DNA of 64,000 nucleotides from Scyliorhinus canicula (Eukaryota), in the NCBI RefSeq assembly GCF_902713615.1, contig NC_052159.1, positions 153,324,651 through 153,388,650 of the forward strand, given 5' to 3'. Position 1 is the first letter of the stretch. Every line of letters begins with the position of its first letter. Under the pieces are notes generated by a model. That model ran no database searches. It worked only from the letters and a program-made list of their open reading frames with translations, and had not been told where the DNA came from. Position numbers and translations under genes: made by a program. This document shows positions 47,639 to 58,205 of the stretch, in pieces.

Positions 47639-48819
47639 AAATAATGGCACTGGCACACAACTGTGCGAGGCATTTGAAAATGACACAACCGAGGCATAGC
47701 AACAAACTGGCCTCCGGTTGCAGGGAGCTTTGTATTTAGTTTTAGAAAGCAGGTTGTTGAAAACCTGTGACCCGATTGCTGGATGAATCACCTCACACAT
47801 CCTCCACTGATAATTTGAATTTTTAAAGCTGGTTTTTGGAGATAGCCACTTGGGTACTGATCTACAAGAATGACATGCAAACATACATATGCGCAGGGAT
47901 TAGGAACAGGATTAGGCGTTTCGGCCCCTCGAGCCTGCTCCGCCATTCAATAAGATCACAGCTGATCAAAGACTCTGCTGCCTCCCCATTTTGAGGGAGA
48001 GAGTTCTGGGGCCTCATGGCCCTTTGAGTGAAAAAAAAAACTGAGTGCAGAGAGCAGATATCCTCATGAGATAGTATTCACAGCACAGAAACAGGCCATT
48101 CAGCCCAACTAGCAATTGTGCTCTACACAAACCGCCTCTCATCTCTTTTCATCTAACTGTCATTACCTTATTGTGACACTGACAGTGTAGCACCCTGACA
48201 GTGTGCCTTCTGTCGCATAGAGCATCAAAGCCTTAGTTAACCAGCGGTATTGTTAATCCTATTTTGCAGCTTTGAATTGATAAACCACAGGCATTCAACC
48301 TTCTTTGGAAACTCTAACTGTTTGCGTGCCCCATTGCACGATCTTATGAACTACAATGCATGGATTGTATCAAAATTTTCCGATGGAGTTTGGTTGCGAA
48401 TGCATATTTTAGTGGAATTAAAGCATTGATTTTTCTGCAATTATTTTTTCGCAAATCCATTCCAAAGCTGCCCCACTTAACACTGGAGCCAACAGACACT
48501 GGAAGTGCCGAGTTCCAGAATTCAGCTTGACTGTTGCCAGGCAGCCATCATCAAGCGTCCCTCTTGTTACCAATGAATAGTGTCACTTGGCAGTGCCTTG
48601 CGAGCACATTGTCTCCCTTACCCTTTCATCCACCAGATATGTATGCTTGAGAAGCATTAGGAAAGGTGTGGGGGGGGGGGGAGGGGAGCTACAACAAAGA
48701 GGAAAGAATATATTACCCCTCCAAAATGAGGATACTTGCCCTCAGAAATGCCCTTACTTGCGTTTTAACTAGATTTATACAAGCACCTTTTCCCCTGAGT
48801 GAAGACATACTGTGACCAA

Positions 48820-49028
48820 ATTTTTTTAAATTTAGAGTACCCAATTCATTTTTTCCAATTAAGGAGCAATTTAATGTGGCCAATCCACCTACCCTGCACA
48901 TCTTTGGGTTGTTGGGGGGGGGGGGGAACCCATGGCAACACGGGGAGAAAGCGCAAACTCCACACAGACAGTGAGCCAGAGCCGGGATTCGAACCCGGGT
49001 CCTCAGCGCCGTGAGGCAGCAGTGCTAT
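48820..49028 (-). mobile_element. Short V-SINE subtype
   Basis: Antisense AGAGTACCCAATTCATTTTTTCCAATTAAGG plus V-domain. Confidence 0.85.
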
Positions 49029-49305
49029 CCTCTTGCCCCTTGGATTTTGAGACGTTCTGAGTTGCACATTTGTAACTTGAGGTAGAGCCTCTCAATGAGA
49101 ACGCATCCCTTCATAAACTCATCCAAAACTCCGCTACCCGAACCCAACTCACACCAGGTTGCGCTCACCCGTCACCCCTGTGCTCGATTTTTAAAAATCT
49201 CATCCTGCTTTTCAGCGTCCACCTGGCCTTGTCGTCTCTGATTCTGTAAAACCCTCTAGCCCGACAACCCTCAGAGCTTCCCGCACTCTTCCAATCTGGA
49301 TATGA

Positions 49306-49606
49306 GAACATAGAACATATAGTGCAGAAGGAGGCCATTCGGCCCATCGAGTCTGCACCAACCCACTTCAGCCCTCACTTCCACCCTATCCCCGTAGCTC
49401 AATAACCCTCCTAAACCCTTTTGGTCACGACGGGCAATTTATCACGGCCAATCCACCTAACCTGCAAGTCTTTGGACTGTGGGAGGAAACCGGAGCACCC
49501 GGAGGAAACCCACGCAGACACGGGGACAGTGACCCAGCGGGGAATCTAACCTGGGACTCTGCCGCTGTGAAGCCACAGTGCAAACCACTGTGCTACCGTG
49601 CTGCCC
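49306..49606 (-). mobile_element. HE1/V-SINE-type SINE
   Basis: Antisense copy with an internal deletion. Confidence 0.88.
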
Positions 49607-50290
49607 CCCCATCCCCAATTTGAAGCACCCCACCACTCCCGACTGTGCCGTATGCTGCCTCGGTCATAAACTCGGGAATTCCCTCTCTGAGCTCCCCTGG
49701 TCCATCTACCTCTTTTCCCTAAATAGCTCAGAACTGAAAGCCATGGTCGAGAATGTGTACGTGTCACATTGCTGATCTACCCGAAACTCACTTGAGATGA
49801 AAATCGATCCTACTGTTTCTTACAAAGGAAAAACAATTTAATTTTAATGGGGAGGCAGTGGTGTAAGTGGTATTGTCACTAGACTAGCAATCCAGAGACC
49901 CAGGGTAATCCTCTGGGGACCCGCGTTTGAATCCCACCATGGCAGAGATTTAGATTTGAAAAATCCGGAATTAAAAATTGAATGATGGCATTTTTTGATT
50001 GTTGTAAAAACCCATCATTAATGGCCTTTTCGGCCACAATTTGGAAGAAATCGAGCGCCCATTATCCTGGGCCAAAAGATGCCCTTCAAATAACATCACT
50101 CTTTAAAAAGAAAGCTGCTTCTCACAGTGCTGCTTGTGGGAGCTTGCTGTGCGCAAATGGGCCGCCACGTTCCCGCACTGCAACAGTGGCCACACTACAA
50201 ATTTACGCCATTGGCTATAAAGTACTTTGGGACATCCTGAGGTCGTGCAAGGTTCTATATAAATGCAAGTCTTTACTGAAAGTCTTTACA

Positions 50291-50565
50291 GCAGCACGGT
50301 AGCACAGTGGTCAGCACTGTCCCGGGTTCGATTCCCGGCTTGGTTCACTGTGCGCAGTCTGTATGTTCTCCCCATGTCTGAGTGGGATTCCTCCGGGTGC
50401 TCCGGTTTCCTCCCATAAGTCCCGAAAGACGTGCTGTTAGGTGAATTGGTCATTCTGAATTCTCCCTCTGTGTACCCGAACAGGCGCCTAAATGTGGCGA
50501 CTAGGGGACTTTCACAGTAACTTCATTGCAGTGTTAATGTTAGCCCACTTGTGACAATAAAGATT
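50291..50565 (+). mobile_element. V-SINE tail variant 3, preceded by a Deu-SINE 3' piece (50115-50275)
   Basis: Match to 32519-32832. Confidence 0.85.
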
Positions 50566-51646
50566 CATACTATAAAACCAGTCGGCAAAACTGTGCCACT
50601 GTATAAAATTAGAACTAGGCACACACCATCTGGACTGTGTTAGCAATTGTCTGTTGCTCGAGAGTAGAGAAAGTAATTTTTGGTATTCTAGCACCATCTA
50701 TGGTTAATTTGAAGTCACTGATTTCCTCCTCTAATTTTGCAGAGGTTTGCATCGTATAGACGTTTAACCCTCCATTATTGAAGTCAGCTCCTCAGTCTAG
50801 CAGTTCTTCAGTGAGGTGGTGTATACCATTTATTTAATAAACCACACCGACAATAAATAATAAATTAAAATAAATACATTTCAACACCTTAACGTATAGT
50901 TTGGAACAGCGCCCTTGGTTCATTTATAAATAATGAAATTAGCACTTGGATGGCAGAACTGAAGAGAGTGTCAGTCTCTTACATTGAGGCCGTGTTGGAC
51001 ACACCAGCCATTTCCCTTTGATGTTAAAGTCAGGGACACGTGACCTCCATCCTATTGGCTTTGACAGAAAGCCCACATTTCATGTGCCACACGCGGGAAG
51101 CACGTTTTGAATTGGCATCAAAAGCTGGGGGAATAGAAAAGTAGCATAATCATTTAAATGGAGGGAGTGTGCAGAGGTACAGAGGGATCAGGGTGCCCTG
51201 GCATCTGAATCGCAGAAACGTCAGCACGCAGGTACAGCAAGCGATTGGCAAATAGAACTGTGCTGGTTTTAAAATCAAAAGTCTGCAGGCGTCAGAGGTT
51301 CTCAGAAATGAGGGCCTTTATTCAGGAGATGTTAACGCCACGGGCTGCGGTGATGCGTCTGCAAGGGTAAGTAGCCGATGTCGCCGATGATGTCACGTGG
51401 CCGGCCTCTTAAAAGATCCCCCGTTCCACTGCAATGTTGCTAGCGCGGAAGCACTAGAAATACACAACATTCTCCGCCCACCTTAACTCAAAGATCCCCG
51501 ACGCAATAAAGAGTATAACATTGACAATCAATCAACAACAACAGTCAATACGCCAAAGGCTTCGCAGGCCATCGTTCTGTCTGCTTGTCGACGAACCCCA
51601 GCCGTTTAGTGCTGGCCGCAACCTCCGTTGTCTTTAACAGAATTTT

Positions 51647-51990
51647 CATGGAATTTACAGTGCAGAAGGAGACCATTCAGCCCATCGAGTCTGCACTGGC
51701 TCTTGGAAAGAGCCCCTACCCAAGCCCACACCTCCCCTCTATCCCCATAACCCAGTAACCCCACCCAACACTAAGGGAAATTTTGGACACCAAGGGCAAT
51801 TTAGCATGGCCAATCCACCTAACCTGCACATCTTTGGACTGTGGGAGGAAACCGGAGCACCCGGAGGAAACCCACGCAGACACGGGGAGAACGTGCAGAC
51901 TCCGCATGGACAGTGACCCAAGCCGGGAATCGAACCTGGGACCCTGGAGCTGTGAAGCAATTGTGCTAACCACTATGCTACCGTGCTGCC
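51647..51990 (-). mobile_element. V-SINE inside the Gypsy element
   Basis: Full antisense copy. Confidence 0.9.
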
Positions 51991-52118
51991 CCTTGGCTTG
52001 GCTTTGACGTCGTCGGTGATCATCTTAACGGGGTAGACGTAGAATGGGAGGTTGACCCGGTGTCCGGTCCCCAACTGATGCACTGCTTTCCCCAATTGGC
52101 TCAATTAGTGTCAGGTTC

Positions 52119-52520
52119 TTGGGAAGGTCGAGGCCGTCACCTGGCACAGCTGGATTGGGAAGGTCGAGGCCGTCACCTGGCACAGCTGGATTGGGAAGGT
52201 CGAGGCCGTCACCTGGCACAGCTGGATTGGGAAGATCGAGGCCGTCACCTGGCACAGCTGGATTGGGAAGATCGAGGCTGTCACCTGGCACAGCTGGATT
52301 TGGAAGGTCGAGGCCGTCACTTGGCACAGCTGGATTGGGAAGGTCCAGGCCATCACTTGGCACAGCTGGATTGGGAAGGTCCAGGCCATCACTTGGCACA
52401 GCTGGATTGGGAAGGTCCAGGCCGTCACCTGGCACAGCTGGATTGGGAAGGTCCAGGCCATCACTTGGCACAGCTGGATTGGGAAGGTCCAGGCCATCAC
52501 TTGGCACAGCTGGATTGGGA
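52119..52520. repeat. 36-bp tandem repeat, 11 units plus 6 bp
   Basis: Unit TTGGGAAGGTCGAGGCCGTCACCTGGCACAGCTGGA; minus strand reads PNPAVP(S/G)DGLDL in frame with the integrase tail. Confidence 0.95.
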
Positions 52521-52870
52521 CTCTCTGTCGGTTCTGTCTCTGGCAGATTAGTTCTTATTGGCAAACGTTGATCCGTAAGTCTCCTCCAATTTATATCGTC
52601 TCGGGTTTTCAGGGGGTAGGAAAAGGGCCCTGTTTGTGCTAAAATGGTGGCAGGTATCCACGTTTCACTTGTGGTAAAGTTCCTTGCCAGAACCTCTTGA
52701 CCCTGATGACAAACAGGGCATCTTGCCTTGTCCCCATGTCCCCCCTCCCCCCACACTCCCCCCAACCCCAACCCCCCCCCCCCCCCCCAATCTCTCAATT
52801 GTTCCCTCGGCTGACGTTGCCTTCACAATGGCAACTTCAGTCCATTTCAAGTGAGCGTCGGGTAGACAGT

Positions 52871-53190
52871 GGGCGGCACGGTGGCACAGTGGTTAGCACT
52901 GCTGCCTCACAGTGCCAGGGAACCGGGTTTGATTCCGGTTTTGGGTGCCTGTGCAGGAGTCTGCAGATTCTCCCCGTGTCTGCGTGGGTTTCCTCCGGGT
53001 GCTCCGGTTCCCTCCCACATTCCAAAGATGTGCGGGTTGGGTGGATTGGCCATGGTACAATGGACCCTCAGTATGCAGGTTAGGTGGGGTTACATCGATA
53101 GGGCGGGGGTGTGGGCCTAGGTAGGGTCGGTGCAGACGCGATAGGCTGAAAGGCCTCCTTTTGAACTGGAGGGATCCTATGATTCTATGA
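52871..53190 (+). mobile_element. Older V-SINE inside the Gypsy element
   Basis: Head GGGCGGCACGGTGGCACAGTGGTTAGCACTG, V-domain and tail. Confidence 0.87.
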
Positions 53191-53927
53191 TGCTGTTGTT
53201 GCAGAGTATTTGCGACTCACGGTGGCCCCGGTACTGTTACAGATCGTGTCAGGCGGAGCATGCTGCAAGCTTCTTTCCAAAGTTGTTTCCTTCAGGTTCC
53301 TCAATGATTTTTCATTTCCTCCAATGGCTACAATCCTCATTTCCGTGTCCCGATGGTTGTAATTGTTTATTTTTCTTTCCAGGTGCCCGCCTCCTCAGCA
53401 GTTTTTTTAATGCGGTGATTTTAAAGTCAAGACGGAAGGCCTCAGAGTTTCAAACACGCAAAGAGCTTTATTGAAGAGATGCTGCAGCTGCTGGCTGCGA
53501 TGTTGCACTGCCCGCTTGCCCGTGCAAATGGCTGATGGCGGGGTCTCCGAAATCGTCACGTGGTCGGTCCCCTAAAGTGCCCCTGTTCCACTGCCTGGCT
53601 GCTTGTGAGGAACCATGAGAAGCACCACGAATACACAACAGGAATGTGGTCATCTATTGCAAGGGGAATGGAATATAAAAGTAGGGATATAATGGAACAG
53701 TTGTACAGGGGATTTGTTGTGCATGGTTTTGGTCTCCTTATTTTTGGAAAAGATAGGAAGTAATTCAGAGGGGTTTCACTCAACTCATTCCTTGAATGGG
53801 GTGGGATATCTTGTGAGGAGAGGTTGGACAGGTTGGGCCTGTATCTATTGTAGTGTAGAAGACCGAGAGGTGATCTTATTGAAACAAACAAGATCCTGAG
53901 GGGACTTCACAGGGTGAATTCTGAGAG

Positions 53928-54350
53928 TGTTGTGTTATTCACCCTGGGGTAACACGGGTTGCAACTGGATGCAGTTGTACTTGAAAGTAGACTCCAAACT
54001 GTGATGTTAGTTCAATACGCTTTACTGAACGTGTTAAGCAGTGCACACAGTTTGCTGTGGGTTTGACACTCTACTAATCTAAGCGTGCTTACTATAACTA
54101 ACTAGACCAGACTAGCTCTGAGCCACGTGTAGAAGGTGCTAACTGATATATACACCATGACTGTCCCTACAGTTGTCACAAGTGGAAAGAGGCGGAGTGT
54201 TGATGCCCCGTGTGTCTTATAGTGGGAGACCACCTTCTAGTGTTCTGCCTGGTGATTGGCTGTGTTCTGTCCTGTGTGTTGATTGGCTGTACTGGGTGTC
54301 TGTCACTGCCTGTCTGTATCTCATTATGTGCATGAGTGCATATCATGACA
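53928..54350 (-). mobile_element. Solo LTR (423 bp) in CR1
   Basis: TG...CA ends; perfect 5-bp TSD GAGAG (53923-53927, 54351-54355). Confidence 0.88.
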
Positions 54351-54409
54351 GAGAGGATGCTTCCTCCTGTGTGAGAGGCAAAAACCTGGGGACACAATTT
54401 AAAATGAAG

Positions 54410-54562
54410 GGGCTGGATTCTCCACAGTCAGGCAGCGTACCCACGCCCGGGGATTTCCCGATGACGTGGGGCTGCCCACACTGGGAAACTCCATTTGCCA
54501 GCTGGCGAGACGGAGAATCCTGCCAGCTGAAAACCGGAGCGGCGGAATATAGAATCCCGCCC
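54410..54562. mobile_element. 153-bp Harbinger-like MITE
   Basis: TIRs GGGCTGGATTCT / AGAATCCCGCCC; 3-bp TSD AAG. Confidence 0.8.
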
Positions 54563-54584
54563 AAGGAGTCTCCCATTTAAGATT

Positions 54585-54860
54585 AATTAATAATAATCTT
54601 TACTGTCACACGTCGGCTTACATCAACACTGCAATTAAGTTACTGTGAAAATCCCCTAGTCGCCACATTCCGGCGCCTGTTCGGGTACATGGAGGGAGAA
54701 TTCAGAATGTCCAATTCACCTAACAAGCACGTCTTTCGGGACTTGTGGGAGGAAACCGGAGCACCCGGAGGAAACCCACGCAGACACGGGGAGAACGTGC
54801 AGCCTCTGCACAGTAACCCAAGCCGGGAATCGAACCTGGGACCCTGGCGCTGGGAAGCCA
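54585..54860 (-). mobile_element. V-SINE tail variant 3
   Basis: Antisense match. Confidence 0.88.
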
Positions 54861-55229
54861 CAGGACTAGCCCCTGTGCTACCCAGATAGAGATGAAAATA
54901 ATTTTTTCTATCAGAGGGCCGTGAATATTCGGAGCTCTCTTCCCCAGGGGGCCACCGGAGGCTGTGGGTCATTGAATATATTTAAGGCGGAGGTGGACAG
55001 GTTCCTGACTAACAAGGGAATCAAAGGTTACCAGGGATGGCAGAATGTGGAATTGAGATTACAATTGGAAAAGCCAGATCTTATTGAGTGGGGGAACAAG
55101 CTTGAGGGACCGAATGGCCTCCTCCTGCTCCTCATTCGTTTGTTTGTATGTTCATGTTTAACATAGTTCCTCACTCCCAGGACTGACCCTAAAACTCTCA
55201 TCAGTTGCTGTAACTATGGTAAACCCCAA

Positions 55230-55417
55230 CGTTCAAAGATGTGCCGGTTGAATGGATTGGTCATGATAAATTCACCTCTTAGAGTCCAGTGATGTGTAGG
55301 TTAAGGGGGATTCCGATGATCGGGCGGGGGTAGTGGGCCTCGGAAGGGTACTCTTTCAGGAGGTCGGTGCAGACTCGATGGGCCGCATGGCCTCATTCTG
55401 CACTGTAAGGATTCTGT
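55230..55417 (+). mobile_element. V-SINE 3' half
   Basis: CAAAGATGTGCCGGTTGAATGGATTGG..GACTCGATGGGCCGCATGGCCTC. Confidence 0.75.
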
Positions 55418-55549
55418 GGTTCTTCAATTCTTTGGTTCTAAACTCGTTTGTATTGAGTTAAGTGTTTTCGAGCTATCGATGATTTCAATCCACTGATATT
55501 AGACAGTGGGGGTAAAAATAAAAGGTTTCCTTTGCAAGTAAAACAAAGG

Positions 55550-56208
55550 CAGCGGGATTCTCCCTTCTGGGGACTGAGTCCCCATGCCGGCGGGAGAACC
55601 GGCGCCAACCACTCCGGCGTCACCAGCCCCCGGAAATGCGGAATTCTCTGCACTTTCGGGGGCTAGGTGGCCGCCGCAGGGGTTGGCGCCACTCCAGCCG
55701 GCGCCGAAGGGCCGGCGTGACCTCGCGCAAGCGCAGAATGGCCGGCGTGATTCCGCGCATGCGCAGACCGGCAAGCGTATTTTGCCGCATGCGCAGGGAG
55801 TTCTTTTCTCCTCGCCGGCCATGGCGGAGCCCTTCAGGGGCTGGCATGGATGGAAGTTGTGACCCCACGGACCAGGCTCGCCCTCAGATCGGTGGGCCCC
55901 AATCGCAGGCCAGGCCACCGTGGGGGACCCCCCTGGGGTCGGATCCCCCGTGCGCCCCTCCCCCACCCCCAAGGACCGCCCCCACCGACTTACCTGCCAG
56001 GTCCCGCAGTGTGGGATCATGCGTAGCACACGCCGGCGGGACGAGCCAAAAACATACGGCAGCTCGGCCAATCGGGGCCCGGAGAATCGCCGGGGGGGGA
56101 GGGGAGCGCTGCCAACGGCCCCCAACCGGCATGGTGTGAATCCTGCCCCCGCCCGAAAAAAGGCGCCGGAGAATACGGCACCCGGCGGGGGGTCGGAGAA
56201 TCCCGCCC
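55550..56208. mobile_element. GC-rich non-autonomous PIF/Harbinger-like element
   Basis: TIRs GCGGGATTCTCC / GGAGAATCCCGC; apparent 3-bp TSD AGG. Confidence 0.78.
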
Positions 56209-56776
56209 AGGAAATTTCAAGGTATCGAGAAGGTCCACCGACCATCTTCCAATTTCTGCTGAGCCCGGGGATAGATTTGAGGTGGACGCAGTTGTGTCAG
56301 CCTGTATTCCACATCAAGGGAAAGTGTCTTGTTTGGAGAAGACCATCTCTAGCAACGATCCACCCACAAGCCGCTCACCAGGTGTTGCTTTCCATGGATT
56401 CCTGACTACTGGGAAGAAGGGCTTGTCTGTGTATTGCTACCATTCTGCTATAGGCTCTCTCTACATGACACCAATCATTGATCACAGAGCTGAGAATATC
56501 TTTGCTGCAGAATTGATAAAAGCGTGGAACCTCTCCCCACACACACTCACTCAGATCACTTTTTTCGACCAACTGGTGAGAGATGGTAGGCAATGGAGAT
56601 GGCTAAAGTTAAGGGGAGGAGGAATACAAACGATGAATGATGCCTCTACTGCATATTTGAAACAGACAGGAATTTATAAAATTGGTTGGGATTCTCTTTT
56701 GTCCCAGTATTATGCTTTAACTTTCCCGGAATGATCAGGAAGGCAATCGGAAGGAGTGCAAACTGCTTCACTCCAA

Positions 56777-56937
56777 CGTGTCTGCGTGGGTTTCCTCCGG
56801 GTGCTCCGGTTTCCTCCCACAAGTCCCGAAAGACGTGCTGGTTAGGTGAATCGGACATTCTGAATTCTCGCTCAGTAACTTCATTGCAGTGTTAATGTCG
56901 GCCTACTTGTGACACTAATAAAGATTATTATTATTAT
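56777..56937 (+). mobile_element. Partial V-SINE, tail variant 3
   Basis: V-domain and (ATT)n tail. Confidence 0.82.
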
Positions 56938-57259
56938 CACTCCCTGAGCATCACGGAGAATAAACAGGTTTGCAATATCTGAAGTGCAGCAGCAGGTTAA
57001 CGCTGAGGGAGTGGGAAACAGCAGCTGAAGGACTTCCAAATTTCCGGGTGGGTCTCTGCAGGTGGTCCTGGGAGGAAAGCCAATTCTGCTGAGGGAGCAT
57101 TGTAACAGCAATAAGACCATTCAGCCCTCCTAGCCAGCGTCACCATTCGATCTGATCTGCTCACTATCCTAACTCCACTTACCCAACTTTTATGCTTTTA
57201 TATCCTTGTCGAGCGAAAATTTATCAATATCAGATTTTAAATGATTGATTGGGGTGAAG

Positions 57260-58170
57260 GGGCCGATTCCCCATTGCAGACCAGCTGCTCCCACCAGCAG
57301 AAACTCGGAACATTTTCGTGCTGCCACAAAGAGCGGCGGGGAGGCGTGATTCCATTGATGCAAATAGCCCACCATGCAGCCCACCCGAATCCCGGTTCCC
57401 CAGCCGTGAAGATGGCTTCCTTGATGCAGACGTCCACAGGATGTTGGGCGCCATTGAGGAGAGGAGGGACACCCTCTTTCCCAGGGTGGGGAGTAGATAA
57501 AGGCCAGTTGTTATGAATAAAGCCCGGGATGAGGTGGCAGACACAGTGACGGTTGGCAGCCTCAACAAGTCGATCAGCATGGAAGAAGATGTATGACCTC
57601 CTTTGAGCAGCTCGGGTGAGTAACCACCTGTGTGACCCTGGCATGACTCCCGTTCTTGACCCCTGACACCTGACACACTATTACCAGCCTGTTCCTCACA
57701 ACCCCTCCAGGAACCCCCCAACACATGTCTTGTCCGCTTTGGCCACAAGCCTTGATGACCCATATGGTAACAGCTAGAAACCCCACCCTAACACTGGTGT
57801 GTCGGTGTCTCCCTGTGTCCCCAAGAATAAAGAAGGCCATAATCAAAGGGAGCATCGGAAGACAGGTGACGGCATGCCTGACATATGGATCCACACATCC
57901 TTTGAAGAGAGGGCCATGGAACCCATGGGGGTGGCCAAGGAGTGAGCTGTGGCTGACATGGAGTTTGGCATGGTGCCAAGGAAGTGAGAGTCCAATGCAA
58001 CCACAAGACCGCTGACTTGTGAACAGAGTCCAATGCAATGTTACAACAATCTGATAGCTGCCGGAGATGGTACCGACAAGGCATGGCACCCAAGTCAACC
58101 CTGAAAGGGTGGCATCCATGGTGGAAAGCCTGAGGCAAGGATTCAGGGCCATGTGTCAAGACATCTCAGT
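57260..58170 (+). mobile_element. Decayed Harbinger element with Myb/SANT-like exon remnant (57416-57615)
   Basis: FLDADVHRMLGAIEERRDTLFPRVGSR*..RDEVADTV..KKMYDLL, then CGG/GTGAGT; parallels 24212-24446. Confidence 0.65.
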
Positions 58171-58205
58171 CCTGGGTAACACTGCGCTGTGCTTACCTGA
58201 AGGTG

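Larger units (their letters stand above)
51259..53640 (-). mobile_element. Internally deleted Gypsy element with two diverged LTRs
   Basis: LTRs 53640-53411 and 51469-51259 both start TGTTGTGTATT and end ..CA; PPT TTAAGGTGGGCGGAGAA next to the 3' LTR; integrase remnants AHLKWTEVAIVKATSAEGTIERL and GQEVLARNFTTSETWIPATILAQTGPFSY..WRRLTDQ; degenerate TSD AGAAC/GGAAT. Confidence 0.82.
51120..55150 (+). mobile_element. Old CR1 3' region fragmented by nested insertions
   Basis: CR1 pieces 51120-51258, 53641-53927, 54351-54409, 54563-54582, ~54885-55150 read continuously when the insertions are removed. Confidence 0.8.

Noticed and set aside
52119-52520. CRISPR-like 36-bp periodicity
   Set aside because: Units are directly adjacent with no unique spacers, there are no cas genes, and the context is eukaryotic
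56282-56734. 150-aa ORF
   Set aside because: Non-ATG start; ENIFAAELIKAWNLSP resembles a very old CR1 C-terminal remnant rather than a host gene
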